A stretch of DNA of 64,000 nucleotides from an uncultured virus (IMG/VR IMGVR_UViG_3300028048_000084) (taxonomy: Duplodnaviria > Heunggongvirae > Uroviricota > Caudoviricetes), in the IMG/VR virus record IMGVR_UViG_3300028048_000084; one strand, given 5' to 3'. Positions 52,360-61,941 of this stretch are shown one piece after another. Numbering within the stretch: position 1 is the first letter of the stretch; every line of letters starts with the position of its first letter. The notes under the pieces were generated by a model. It ran no database searches and was not told the origin of the DNA. It worked only from the letters and a program-made list of their open reading frames with translations. The position numbers and the translations under genes are program-made.

Positions 52360-52780
52360 ATTTATTAAATAAATTGGCTTATTTATTAAATAAATTGGCT
52401 CGGATAGGGCGTTGGTTCAGTAATTTGATTTAATTTGATTTTGTTTTTGTGAAAAAATAAAGTGTAAATTTTTTGGTGAATAAAAAATTTGCGGACGTTG
52501 CGCGAGATATGATTTATTTCATATAATCTTGTTTTATTCATTGTTATCTAATTTACTTCATATAATTTTTGTTTAATTCATTGTATATATCTGATTTACT
52601 TCATATAATTTTTGTTTACTTCATTATATTTATCTAATTATCTAATTTGCTTCATTATATTTATCTAATTATCTGATTTACTTCATATAATTTTTGTTTA
52701 ATTCTTATATATAAATCTAGTCATCTGATTTAATCCATATAGTTTTATAATTCAATACTAAGTTTAATTCTTATATATAT
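52360..52780. repeat. AT-rich direct repeats in a 1.7-kb non-coding region
   Basis: ATTTATTAAATAAATTGGCT x2; ATCT(A/G)ATTTACTTCATATAATTTTTGTTTA x3 plus variants. Confidence 0.8.
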
Positions 52781-53506
52781 AACTTAATTCATCAGATTGA
52801 ACCGAACCATTTATCCCATATATATTTTATTCAATTTATTCATTATATTTAACTGATTAAAATTCATTCATATATATTTCTTTGATTTAATTCTTATATA
52901 TTTTCACTACGGATTTAATTCATATCTTTACTTAATTTTATTTCTCGTTCATAGATATATCATTTATTATATATACTGCTCCCCTGCCTTTGTATATTAT
53001 ATCCTATAACAGAATTGAATTTTATTATAATAGATAATTGAATTTTATTATAGCATTTATATTTCTTCATTTCATTTATATATCCCTGCTCCGCTTAAAA
53101 AATTTATCTATCTAAGTTTACTTCTTGATGGGAAAATATTTTATATTTGTCATTGAATAAAATAAGATAAATGATTTTTGACAAATAAATTTTTTAGTTG
53201 TGTATTTTCTGTCATTTACACTTTTTTATGATGCGAAATTGATAAGGGTTAAAATTTGTATTATGTATGCTTTTTTGATATAAAATATCATATTTTACAT
53301 TACACTTTGTTATAGATTACGTTTACCGTGCCGAAATTATTGACCCATTTTTACAAGAACTTTTTCTTTAAGATTTTTATCCCTATAGATGGATGGCAGG
53401 ATATTTTAAGAAAAATAAAAAGACACGTTTCTAAAACGTGTAATAAATAGCATAAATAAAAGTGTCAAGTATAATTATATATATTTATTTATATGAATGT
53501 GTAGAA

Positions 53507-53570
53507 AATTAAATAAATTTTTGTGTAAAATTAAATAAATTTTTGTGTAAAATTAAATAAATTTTTGTGT
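53507..53570. repeat. 21-bp tandem repeat x3
   Basis: AAATTAAATAAATTTTTGTGT. Confidence 0.9.
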
Positions 53571-53610
53571 TTATTATCCATTGTTTCATAATCCATTAAT
53601 GTATAGATAT

Positions 53611-54111
53611 TTACAATCCATTTTTAGATAAAACGATTTGACATTTATGATGTACTAATTGAATTGTTTCTTGCGCGTAATTTTTATATTCATCTGATTT
53701 AAAGTATTTTTCTCGTCTATATTTTGTTGGAATAGTACTAAACAGATAATATTGTAAACTATCCATAATAGAAGTAAGTGTATCATAAGGATAATAATTT
53801 TTACTTTGAACAGTAAATCTTACAGATGAACATAAAGAGCCTTGTTGTTTGATATATTCTGCCACATTAAAATCTTTAGATTTGTATGATTTATCTAAAG
53901 AAGTAATAGTAGATTTTGGGGGAATATGATGTGTTTTATCCTTAAAGAAAAATCGTTTGATATTGATATTAAATAATGGTTTGTTTTTTGGTTTACCGTG
54001 AACATTGACTTGATTTAATGTAATTTTATCTGTAATTAATTCTACTTGAATATAAAAGCAGTCGAAAAACACATCAAGAATGTAATTAGGTGATGGATAA
54101 TATGAAACCAT
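53611..54111 (-). CDS. G-(L/I/V)-COOH family protein
   Basis: Ends VLSKNGL*. Confidence 0.75.
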   Translation of the reverse strand: MVSYYPSPNYILDVFFDCFYIQVELITDKITLNQVNVHGKPKNKPLFNINIKRFFFKDKTHHIPPKSTITSLDKSYKSKDFNVAEYIKQQGSLCSSVRFTVQSKNYYPYDTLTSIMDSLQYYLFSTIPTKYRREKYFKSDEYKNYAQETIQLVHHKCQIVLSKNGL

Positions 54112-54179
54112 GATATATATTTTCCTTTCTACGTATATCTACGTATATTTATGTATATCTATGTATATCTATTTTTTAA

Positions 54180-54629
54180 TTAAATCCCATACGCACGGAT
54201 TAATCTACTTCTAGTTTGTTGGAAGATAACAGGAAGTGTATCTAACAGATTTTGTTTCAGATTGGTATAAACGAAATTATCTGTTATAATAGAAAGAATA
54301 TTTTTTGCTAAATGATTAAAATTATGATTGATAGCCACGCTTAAATAATCAATGAATACTAATTGATTACATTCATTTAAGTGTTGAATATAAACGTCTT
54401 TATTCTGATTATTAATAGATAATGTAATATAAAAATCTGTTTTATCCATATTCACATTGACGATTTTTTTTGTAGGAGAAAAGGAAATACTTGTACCATT
54501 AAAATTATAATCAATGGAAGTAAAACAAAAGTTATAAGATAGCAGGTAAGAGTTTTCTTTTGTCTTATTTGATGTGAGTGGATAAGAGAAAGAGAATGTA
54601 TAATCATAACAATTATCTACTACGGTCAT
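54180..54629 (-). CDS. G-(L/I/V)-COOH family protein
   Basis: Ends LIRAYGI*. Confidence 0.75.
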   Translation of the reverse strand: MTVVDNCYDYTFSFSYPLTSNKTKENSYLLSYNFCFTSIDYNFNGTSISFSPTKKIVNVNMDKTDFYITLSINNQNKDVYIQHLNECNQLVFIDYLSVAINHNFNHLAKNILSIITDNFVYTNLKQNLLDTLPVIFQQTRSRLIRAYGI

Positions 54630-54691
54630 TTGCCCACCTTCTTTTATTTATAGTTTACATACCACATATTAAAGTATGGTTATATTTTATT

Positions 54692-55282
54692 TTATATTCC
54701 ATAAAAATATATACACTCCTTATAGGTAAGCGGTAATATATATTGATTCATTATCTTATTTACCTTTTTTTCTAATTTATTAAATTTCTTGCGGTTAAAT
54801 TGTAATTTAGCCATATGTTCTTTATCTGCATTATACCAATATTTGAAACAATCATTATAACATTTATTCATATTATGAATAAAATAATGATGGAGGTTTG
54901 TATACGATTGATGAAAAGACTTCTTATCTATGGGTTGAATAATATGAAAAAAGTTCATATTGACATTTTCACTTGACCGTTGTAATGAACATTCATCATC
55001 TTGATAACGAAAGGAAGAACTAATAAAAGTTTTGCTACCATTCGTAATTTCAAATTCTAATTGAAACTGAAACGTGTGATATTGAAAATTGATTTTGCAT
55101 GATAAACGATTTATCATATTAGCAAAAATAACTATTTTTTTCATGTGTTCATCTATGGGAATATCGTATTTAATAGACACATTAGATAATCCATAAGCGT
55201 CATTTATGTTATAAACTCGTTGTATAAAACTTTTATTGGCATAAACCGTTTTTGCTTGTGGCAGGATTGCGCCTTTTGTCAT
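54692..55282 (-). CDS. G-(L/I/V)-COOH family protein
   Basis: Ends CIYFYGI*. Confidence 0.75.
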   Translation of the reverse strand: MTKGAILPQAKTVYANKSFIQRVYNINDAYGLSNVSIKYDIPIDEHMKKIVIFANMINRLSCKINFQYHTFQFQLEFEITNGSKTFISSSFRYQDDECSLQRSSENVNMNFFHIIQPIDKKSFHQSYTNLHHYFIHNMNKCYNDCFKYWYNADKEHMAKLQFNRKKFNKLEKKVNKIMNQYILPLTYKECIYFYGI

Positions 55283-55420
55283 GATATTTCACCTCTTTTT
55301 TATAAGAGGACATACCTCTTTTGTGTAAGAGGACATACCTCTTTTTATAAGATTTGTATTTTTATTAAAACATAGTTTTTAATTAAAAAGCACCTTCGTT
55401 TGTATGGAAGGTGCTTCTGT

Positions 55421-55783
55421 TTAATCTCCGTCCCATACTCCATCGGGGCGCATTTCTGCCATTGTTTTCAGTTGGATAAGTGCGCGTTTTGCGTTCCCTT
55501 CTGTAGCATCCCAATAATTATTAGATACATCATCTTTCAGATTGCTAATAGCTTTTTCCAAAATCGGAATAGACTGTGCTCCTGTCTTTCCATAAATAGA
55601 ACGAATACCTTTTTCACCTAGTACATTATCCTTGTAATAATGCTTACTGTAATTGTATGTTACATTTAGGTACAATTCTGTCGTTCCATTGATTGCATAC
55701 ATCCCCCCACGCATAAAGTGAGGATGGTCTACATTCAATACTTCATGCGTAATCGGGTCTTGCAGTTCAATATCGTAACTCAT
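55421..55783 (-). CDS. Conserved-looking phage hypothetical protein
   Basis: MSYDI...NVTYNY...YWDATEGNA...RPDGVW; own promoter and terminator. Confidence 0.8.
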   Translation of the reverse strand: MSYDIELQDPITHEVLNVDHPHFMRGGMYAINGTTELYLNVTYNYSKHYYKDNVLGEKGIRSIYGKTGAQSIPILEKAISNLKDDVSNNYWDATEGNAKRALIQLKTMAEMRPDGVWDGD

Positions 55784-56286
55784 GCCAATCTCTCCCTTCT
55801 TTTTATTTATAATATAGCACAAATACATTGTTTTGTCAACAGTTTAAGTACTGTCTATCAACAGTTTTAATATACTGTCTATCAACAGTTTTAATTAAAA
55901 ATTAAAGTGATATATTTTTGTATTTCATAAATAGAAAAACATATAATCAGAACTATTCTTATAAGGTTGTTTTCTTATCCTTTCTATTAAAACCTGCTTT
56001 TCATCTAAGAATAAAATGTACTGACTTGTTTTTAAGCAGATATATTTCTCGTTCCTATGTGTTTTTCTTCGTATACACGGTTTTCGTGTACCTATCCTCC
56101 TAATCCTAATACTATATATTATTTTGCTTTAAGCTATCATTTCGATGATAGCTTTTTATTTAACTGTTTATAATCCTAGTTGTTTCACTAAACTTTTCTT
56201 TGTGTTATTTACGAAACTTTTCTTCGTTCTAATTATAGCAGGATATTTCTATTCGATTGTTCATTTTTGTTGCTACTTCCTTATCA

Positions 56287-56700
56287 TTATAATCCCACTT
56301 CTTGTACTAAACTTTTCTTTATTCTATCCTTGTTTCTGTCAAACATTTTTATACATAATTGTTCCAACTTTTTACCTAAATAATAATCATTTTTATTCCT
56401 ATAATAGCTTACATCTTTATTTAAGTAAGAATGAAAATCATCATATAACGCATTTAATCCATTGTTTATGTGTTGAAATAAAACGGATATATTTTGATAT
56501 ATAATCAATATTTCTTTATCGTTTTTATTATAAGAACGCTTTATGGATAAAGAATTGTGATAAACACATACCATTGAACCTATAAATATTATCTTTTCCA
56601 TCGTTGTTTTTGGGTAGATTTTAATCTGTACGTGCGTTATATTATATTTATCTTTGGACTTGTTATAAATGATTTCTATCTTATCATTCATTTTAATCAC
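56287..56700 (-). CDS. G-(L/I/V)-COOH family protein
   Basis: Ends LVQEVGL*. Confidence 0.75.
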   Translation of the reverse strand: MIKMNDKIEIIYNKSKDKYNITHVQIKIYPKTTMEKIIFIGSMVCVYHNSLSIKRSYNKNDKEILIIYQNISVLFQHINNGLNALYDDFHSYLNKDVSYYRNKNDYYLGKKLEQLCIKMFDRNKDRIKKSLVQEVGL

Positions 56701-56705
56701 TACCT

Positions 56706-56948
56706 TTATAATCCGAATGTTATAACTGTTTTTTTACGAATATTTTTAATGTTTTCATTATAAATCTTTTCATATACACCTGCAAATTTTTTCAATGCTT
56801 TTTTTGTTGTCGTTACAACACTTGAAAGTTCTAATTTATCAGATAACGGTGACATAAGTTCATCTATCGTAGCATCAATGTGCAAGGCAGGATATTTATC
56901 CAATGTTTCATCAAAATTATAAGTACATTCATCCATATTCAAAAACAA
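56706..56948 (-). CDS. G-(L/I/V)-COOH family protein (5' part from about 57127 is broken)
   Basis: Ends TVITFGL*. Confidence 0.6.
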   Translation of the reverse strand: MFLNMDECTYNFDETLDKYPALHIDATIDELMSPLSDKLELSSVVTTTKKALKKFAGVYEKIYNENIKNIRKKTVITFGL

Positions 56949-57257
56949 ATCATAATTAATAGATATATCATATATAATTACATCTGCTATTACGTGATTT
57001 CCCGCACAATCTTTCGTTGATAACTATTTTGAATTATTAACCTGTACCAAATTATAATCGTTATCATACTATTGTTCACGTTCGCTTGACACAAAACTTT
57101 TATTTCGTTCTTTATTTTTACTTCCATTCTTTCTGTTCTTTTTTTTTAATTATATTCTACATCTTTTTGATATACTTGTCAACAGTTTAAATTAAAATTT
57201 ATAAACATTTTTTGTTTATGTATTATTTCTGTTAATGGTCGTTCTATTATTAATGTT

Positions 57258-57656
57258 TCAAAAAAAGGTCTAAAATTTTTTATATAAAATTTTTTAAATG
57301 AGATTTTTTCATTTCCATTTTTGATTTTCACCTATAGAAATATTTGCTTTTATATGTAATGGAATAATCTTCTAAAAAACAGCTAAAAAATTTTTTTGAA
57401 AAATTTTCGATTTGAGATTTTTTCATTTCCATTTTTGATTTTCGCCTATAGAAATTTTTCGCCTATATACCTGTACTTATGTATTTGTCAAAAAAGGTCT
57501 AAAATTTTTTATATAAAATTTTTTAAATGAGATTTTTTCATTTCGGTTTTTGATTTTTGATGTTGCGCGGAGGTTGTTTTAGTTCATTATTATGTGTATA
57601 TCGTTGGTACTGTAGGAGATTATCAAAAAAAGGGTAAAATTTTTTATATAAAATTT
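57258..57656. repeat. Degenerate direct repeats with ~115-bp period (3-4 copies)
   Basis: TCAAAAAAGGTCTAAAATTTTTTATATAAAATTTTTTAAATGAGATTTTTTCATTTC at about 57258 and 57488, with partial copies between and after. Confidence 0.85.
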
Positions 57657-58156
57657 AAGCGATGGGTTCAACATTAAAACCCACTTAAAATACCTTAAAA
57701 ATCACATTAAAAATTGCACGGTTTTAGAATATGTTTTATTAAAAAATACTAAGAAAAATAATTGTTTCTCACATAAAACTCTAATAAACTAACTCAAAAA
57801 TAATCAATATTTAACTTGACAGAGCCATTCTATGCAAATTGTAAAATGTTTTATGAAACATACACAATATTTTATCCACGAACCGTCCTAAATTAAAGAA
57901 AAACTATAGTTATATTAAATTTCATTAAAAAACACATAAAAAGCAGTTAAATTATCACAAAAACGCAAAAATTAGAAAAATTAAAACATTAAAAACGAGA
58001 ATAAGTACTAATTGGCTTAACAAAAACAATAAAGTTTATAATAAAAAAAGTTCTTGACAAAACAGACCAGATACAGACTCAATATAGTATGCTAATACCA
58101 TAAGGTAAAGATAAAAAACTTAGATAAAACATTTTACAAAATTTGTTTTGCTAACT

Positions 58157-58274
58157 TTGACATCCTCCAACGACTTCAGTCGTTGGATTCCTAAGTGACT
58201 AACGTTTCTTGCTACCTCATGGCAGTCTTACAAAAACTCCTATAGATGGACAATGCCCTGCCCATGTTTATATA
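58157..58274 (-). ncRNA. TnpB omegaRNA scaffold
   Basis: Lies between the tnpB stop and the TCAA right end; GGGCAGGGCATTGTCC and CCAACGACTGAAGTCGTTGG hairpins. Confidence 0.75.
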
Positions 58275-59384
58275 TTATGAAATAATCTTTAAACCTTCTA
58301 CATGAATATTTCTAGCGGCATTTCTGTCTCTATCATGATGTGCACCACATTTAGGACAAGTCCACTCACGAATACTAAGATTTTTTACCTCTTTATTTTG
58401 ATAACCACAATCAGAACAAAGTTGACTAGAAGGAAAAAATCTATCTACTTTAATAACTTGTGTTCCACTTTGTTTAGATAAATACTCTAGTATATTTATA
58501 AATTCTGAAAATCCATAATCCATTACTTTTTTACCATGCTTTTTCTGCATTTGCTTCATATTTATATTTTCTAAACAAATAATAGAATACTTGTTACAAA
58601 GATACTTTGCCAGTTTCCAATGATAGTCGTTTCTTTTATTTGTTACTTTACGATATAATCTTGCTAGTTCTAATCTTGCTTTTTTCTGGTTATTTGATTT
58701 TAATCTTTTACCAGATAAATTACGACTAGCTTTTGCAATTTTGGTTTTCATTTTTTTAAAGAAACTAGGTGTTTTTATGTCATCTTCTTTATTTTCTGCT
58801 ACTAGCATATTTTCTTTAAATCCAAAATCAAATCCGACACTTTTACCTGTTCGTGACTTAATTTCTTTATCTGATAGTTCACATACAAAATAGATATATA
58901 AATCACCTAATGTATCTCTTTTTATAGTTACAGTTTTTATTTTACCATCAATATTTCTACTATTTGAATATCTATATTTTTGTTTTTGAATATAAATTGT
59001 GCTGTGTTCTTCATCTAATTTCCAACCAGTTTGTTTAAATGTAATTGATTTGTATTTTTTTATTTTACGAAACTTCGGAGGTGTAGTTTTCTTCTTATTT
59101 TTTAAATTTTTCCAAAATAATTTATATCCACGGTCAATACGTTCAGTAATATCCTGTACGGTTTGTGAATTTAATTCTTTTAGATAATTAAATCGTTTAA
59201 TTTTCTTTAATTTAGTTATATGTTTTTGTAAAACATATAAATTTAAAGACTTATGATACAAATGCCAGTATCTTTTATGAAGTGCAATACAATGATTATA
59301 AATTAATCCTGCTATATTAATTTTATTATGCAATTTTTTATTTCGTTTTGCATGATATAACTTAAACTTAAAGGTCTTAATCAT
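58275..59384 (-). CDS. tnpB: TnpB RNA-guided nuclease
   Basis: RuvC D (GFDFG), E (CLENI), D (DRDRNAA); zinc ribbon CSDCG/CPKCG. Confidence 0.96.
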   Translation of the reverse strand: MIKTFKFKLYHAKRNKKLHNKINIAGLIYNHCIALHKRYWHLYHKSLNLYVLQKHITKLKKIKRFNYLKELNSQTVQDITERIDRGYKLFWKNLKNKKKTTPPKFRKIKKYKSITFKQTGWKLDEEHSTIYIQKQKYRYSNSRNIDGKIKTVTIKRDTLGDLYIYFVCELSDKEIKSRTGKSVGFDFGFKENMLVAENKEDDIKTPSFFKKMKTKIAKASRNLSGKRLKSNNQKKARLELARLYRKVTNKRNDYHWKLAKYLCNKYSIICLENINMKQMQKKHGKKVMDYGFSEFINILEYLSKQSGTQVIKVDRFFPSSQLCSDCGYQNKEVKNLSIREWTCPKCGAHHDRDRNAARNIHVEGLKIIS

Positions 59385-59711
59385 TCTACATCACCTCCGA
59401 TACTTCAATTATACACTATATCACGATATATTTTACTACATTTCTGAAAATATATTTATGAAGGACACTGTAGTTTTTGTCCTGAAATATATCGTTTCCA
59501 TGTTTTTATTATAGCATGTATGTAGATAAAAATCAATGTTTTATCTGCACATATGTGGCATTCATCCCACGGTTTTAACCGTGGGCTTTCTGCCTAAAAA
59601 TGCTGTAAAATGTTTTAAGTATAAACCTGTTTTACTGGATAGTGTGTTTTTATGATGTACATTTTCACATAAAAGTTTTTAATGTATGCAGAGAAAAATA
59701 TAAAAAACATA

Positions 59712-59740
59712 TTGACAAATGAAACAAGGTATGGTAATAT
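59712..59740 (+). promoter_or_regulatory. Strong sigma-A-type promoter
   Basis: TTGACA-17-TAATAT with TG extension. Confidence 0.85.
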
Positions 59741-59802
59741 ATACTTGTAAGGTTGATAGAGAGCCTTACAGGAACGGTTCAAAATATTAGGAGGTAATTA
59801 TC

Positions 59803-60084
59803 ATGGAGACGAACAACACGGAACTGAAAGCAAACATTGTTAAAGCAATCGACACACTTGAAGGTGTAGAGGGAATTTCCCTTGAAATATGCGGGTCTTG
59901 GTTGTGGATTGACGGAGATACCAAACCTGTCAAAGAACTTATCAAATCCGTAGGTGGGCGTTTTGCAGGCAAAAAGAAAAAATGGTACGTTCGTCCCGAT
60001 GGAGCAAAATGGTTTCATCGCAAAGAGCAGGACATGGAGCGTATTCGTGAAGGGTACGGTTCTGTCATGGTGAAAGAGGTATGA
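59803..60084 (+). CDS. Putative early protein (EICGSWLWIDG...KKKKWY domain)
   Basis: AGGAGG RBS; own promoter; terminator at 60097-60125. Confidence 0.85.
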   Translation: METNNTELKANIVKAIDTLEGVEGISLEICGSWLWIDGDTKPVKELIKSVGGRFAGKKKKWYVRPDGAKWFHRKEQDMERIREGYGSVMVKEV

Positions 60085-60289
60085 TATAGTCAAACGGAGC
60101 AGGAGATAAAATCTCCTGCTTTTTTATTTGCTAAAAAACTTGTTGTGCATTTTAATTTAATTTTAAGATTGATTGATAAAACATTTTACAGTACAGTTTT
60201 TGAAACATACTTTGTAAAATGTTTTAAGTAAACATATTTTTCAGTTGACCGAGCGAAAAAATTTTAATGGAACTATTATATAAAACTTA

Positions 60290-60318
60290 TTGACAAAACC
60301 AGCAATATAGCATATACT
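60290..60318 (+). promoter_or_regulatory. Strong sigma-A-type promoter
   Basis: TTGACA-17-TATACT; leader ACTTGTAAGGTTGATAGAGA shared with the previous cassette. Confidence 0.85.
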
Positions 60319-60365
60319 ATACTTGTAAGGTTGATAGAGATATAGAAATACAGGAGGCAATCAAA

Positions 60366-60563
60366 ATGAAGTACTTAGTGATTGATTTTAAGGATATGAA
60401 AAAAATTTTGAAGCGGAATAGCTATAAGCTAGACCATGTGAATGGAGACCACTTCATTTTCAAAAAAGAAGGTTGTAATCACATTACAATCACAAAAGAC
60501 TTAAATCCGATGGTAGCACGGAGGTTGATTAAACAAAATCACCTTGTTATCGAAAAAAAATAA
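60366..60563 (+). CDS. hicA: HicA-family toxin-like protein
   Basis: 65 aa; ILKRNSYKLDHVNGDHFIFKK (GxH motif); no hicB beside it. Confidence 0.75.
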   Translation: MKYLVIDFKDMKKILKRNSYKLDHVNGDHFIFKKEGCNHITITKDLNPMVARRLIKQNHLVIEKK

Positions 60564-60722
60564 AAACTGTTTAGAGGATTGAAAAATCCTCTTTTTATTT
60601 TGTCTAAAACCGTTTTTATCTAATTCTAAGATTGATTGATTTTACGTAACTACGTGTTTTGTAAAATGTTTTATTCTTTGCAAGGTAGCAAAAAATTTTC
60701 AAAAAAAAATATAAAAAATGTG

Positions 60723-60751
60723 TTGACAAAACCATTAATGTTTAGTATAAT
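60723..60751 (+). promoter_or_regulatory. Consensus sigma-A promoter
   Basis: TTGACA-17-TATAAT. Confidence 0.9.
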
Positions 60752-60815
60752 AAAATCATCGAAAGGCGATACGAGAGGTAATCGTCAATGTGGTTCAAAC
60801 GTGGAGGTAATTATC

Positions 60816-61502
60816 ATGTTCAACGTCAACAATGTTCTTACGGTCGCGTTCAATCAGATTTCTGCTAACGGTTATGTGAAAAAGACCGTTGTGAATGGTG
60901 AAGTGTGGCGTACTGTTTACGGTCGCAAACGTCTTGTCCCGAACTACGTAGAGCAGGAAGGAAATACCTGCCGTGCGACTTTGAACGCACTCAAAGCAGG
61001 TGATGTCTCTTGTGACGAGACGCTTGCACAGGAGTGTGTCGATACCTATCGTGCTTTTGTTGAAAAGGATGGTAGCGATTTTGGCCGTAAAGTACTTTCC
61101 ACGCTTGCCAAAATCGAACTTGACGAAGCAGATGTAATGCAGGTAGCTTTTGTACCTGTATTCTACTTCAACAAGCGCAAGCATGATATTGCTAAACAGG
61201 CGCGTGAGCAGGAGCGTATGACGTTTAATAATTCACTTGCGGAAGGTTTCTATGGTGAAGTAGGTGAACGTGTCAACACGAAAGCTACGCTTATTAAGCA
61301 GAGCGGTTTTGATGGTGCGTATGGTTTCACAAACATTTATACGTTCCTGTCGGATGACAAACACGTGCTTGTGTGGTTTACCACGACAGAACTTGACCTT
61401 AGTGAAGGTGAAATTATCACCTTACAGGGCAAGGTCAAAGGCCATAAAGAGTACAATGGAACGAAGCAGACCATTGTCACCCGTTGCAAGGTACTTGCTT
61501 AA
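60816..61502 (+). CDS. Protein with C-terminal OB-fold-like domain
   Basis: GEVGER...YG...LVWFT...GKVKGHKEYNGTKQT; GGAGG RBS at about 60803. Confidence 0.8.
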   Translation: MFNVNNVLTVAFNQISANGYVKKTVVNGEVWRTVYGRKRLVPNYVEQEGNTCRATLNALKAGDVSCDETLAQECVDTYRAFVEKDGSDFGRKVLSTLAKIELDEADVMQVAFVPVFYFNKRKHDIAKQAREQERMTFNNSLAEGFYGEVGERVNTKATLIKQSGFDGAYGFTNIYTFLSDDKHVLVWFTTTELDLSEGEIITLQGKVKGHKEYNGTKQTIVTRCKVLA

Positions 61503-61845
61503 TCAACGGATAGAGGGTGTAAAAACCCTCTTTTTTTTTGTGTCTAAAACCGTTTCTAAGCGCGTTTGATAGATAGATAGGTATAGTTATACTCATTTTG
61601 ATTTTCAGACCGTCAGAAACGATTTTAGAGCGTGTGAGCGTAATATATAGCACGTAGTTTATCCACTATAAAACACGATGAATTGATTCGATAAAACATT
61701 ATGTATATTTACTTAAAACATTTTACAATTTGCATAAAACAGTTTTTTGTAAAATGTTTTATTTACGATAACTGCTACGGTTTGTAAAATGTTTTATCTA
61801 TTCACACCTGCCAAAAAAAATTTTCAATTTTTTATAAAAAACCTA

Positions 61846-61873
61846 TTGACAAAAGCCTGTAAAAGAGTATAAT
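61846..61873 (+). promoter_or_regulatory. Sigma-A-type promoter
   Basis: TTGACA-16-TATAAT. Confidence 0.8.
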
Positions 61874-61941
61874 AATAAGTGTCAAGGGGATAGAGAAACC
61901 CAAGATAACAGGTTCAAGTAGTTGAAAGGATTGTGATTACA

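Larger units (their letters stand above)
58157..59597 (-). mobile_element. IS200/IS605-family element (tnpB intact, tnpA reduced to a remnant)
   Basis: Left-end hairpin CCCACGGTTAAAACCGTGGG, right-end hairpin plus TCAA, METIYFRTKTTVSFIN remnant near 59500. Confidence 0.9.

Noticed and set aside
52360..53570. CRISPR array
   Set aside because: Repeats are degenerate or directly tandem, without unique regular-length spacers, and there are no cas genes in the window.
3173..56504. Numerous plus-strand ORFs in the track (e.g. 6058-6504, 14172-14696, 29611-30090)
   Set aside because: Antisense shadows of minus-strand genes, rich in I/F/S and lacking an RBS.
29124..56948. G-[LIV]-stop explained as a Shine-Dalgarno by-product or a DNA recombination site
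   Set aside because: GG is always in frame, synonymous positions vary freely, and the motif persists before terminators where no gene follows.
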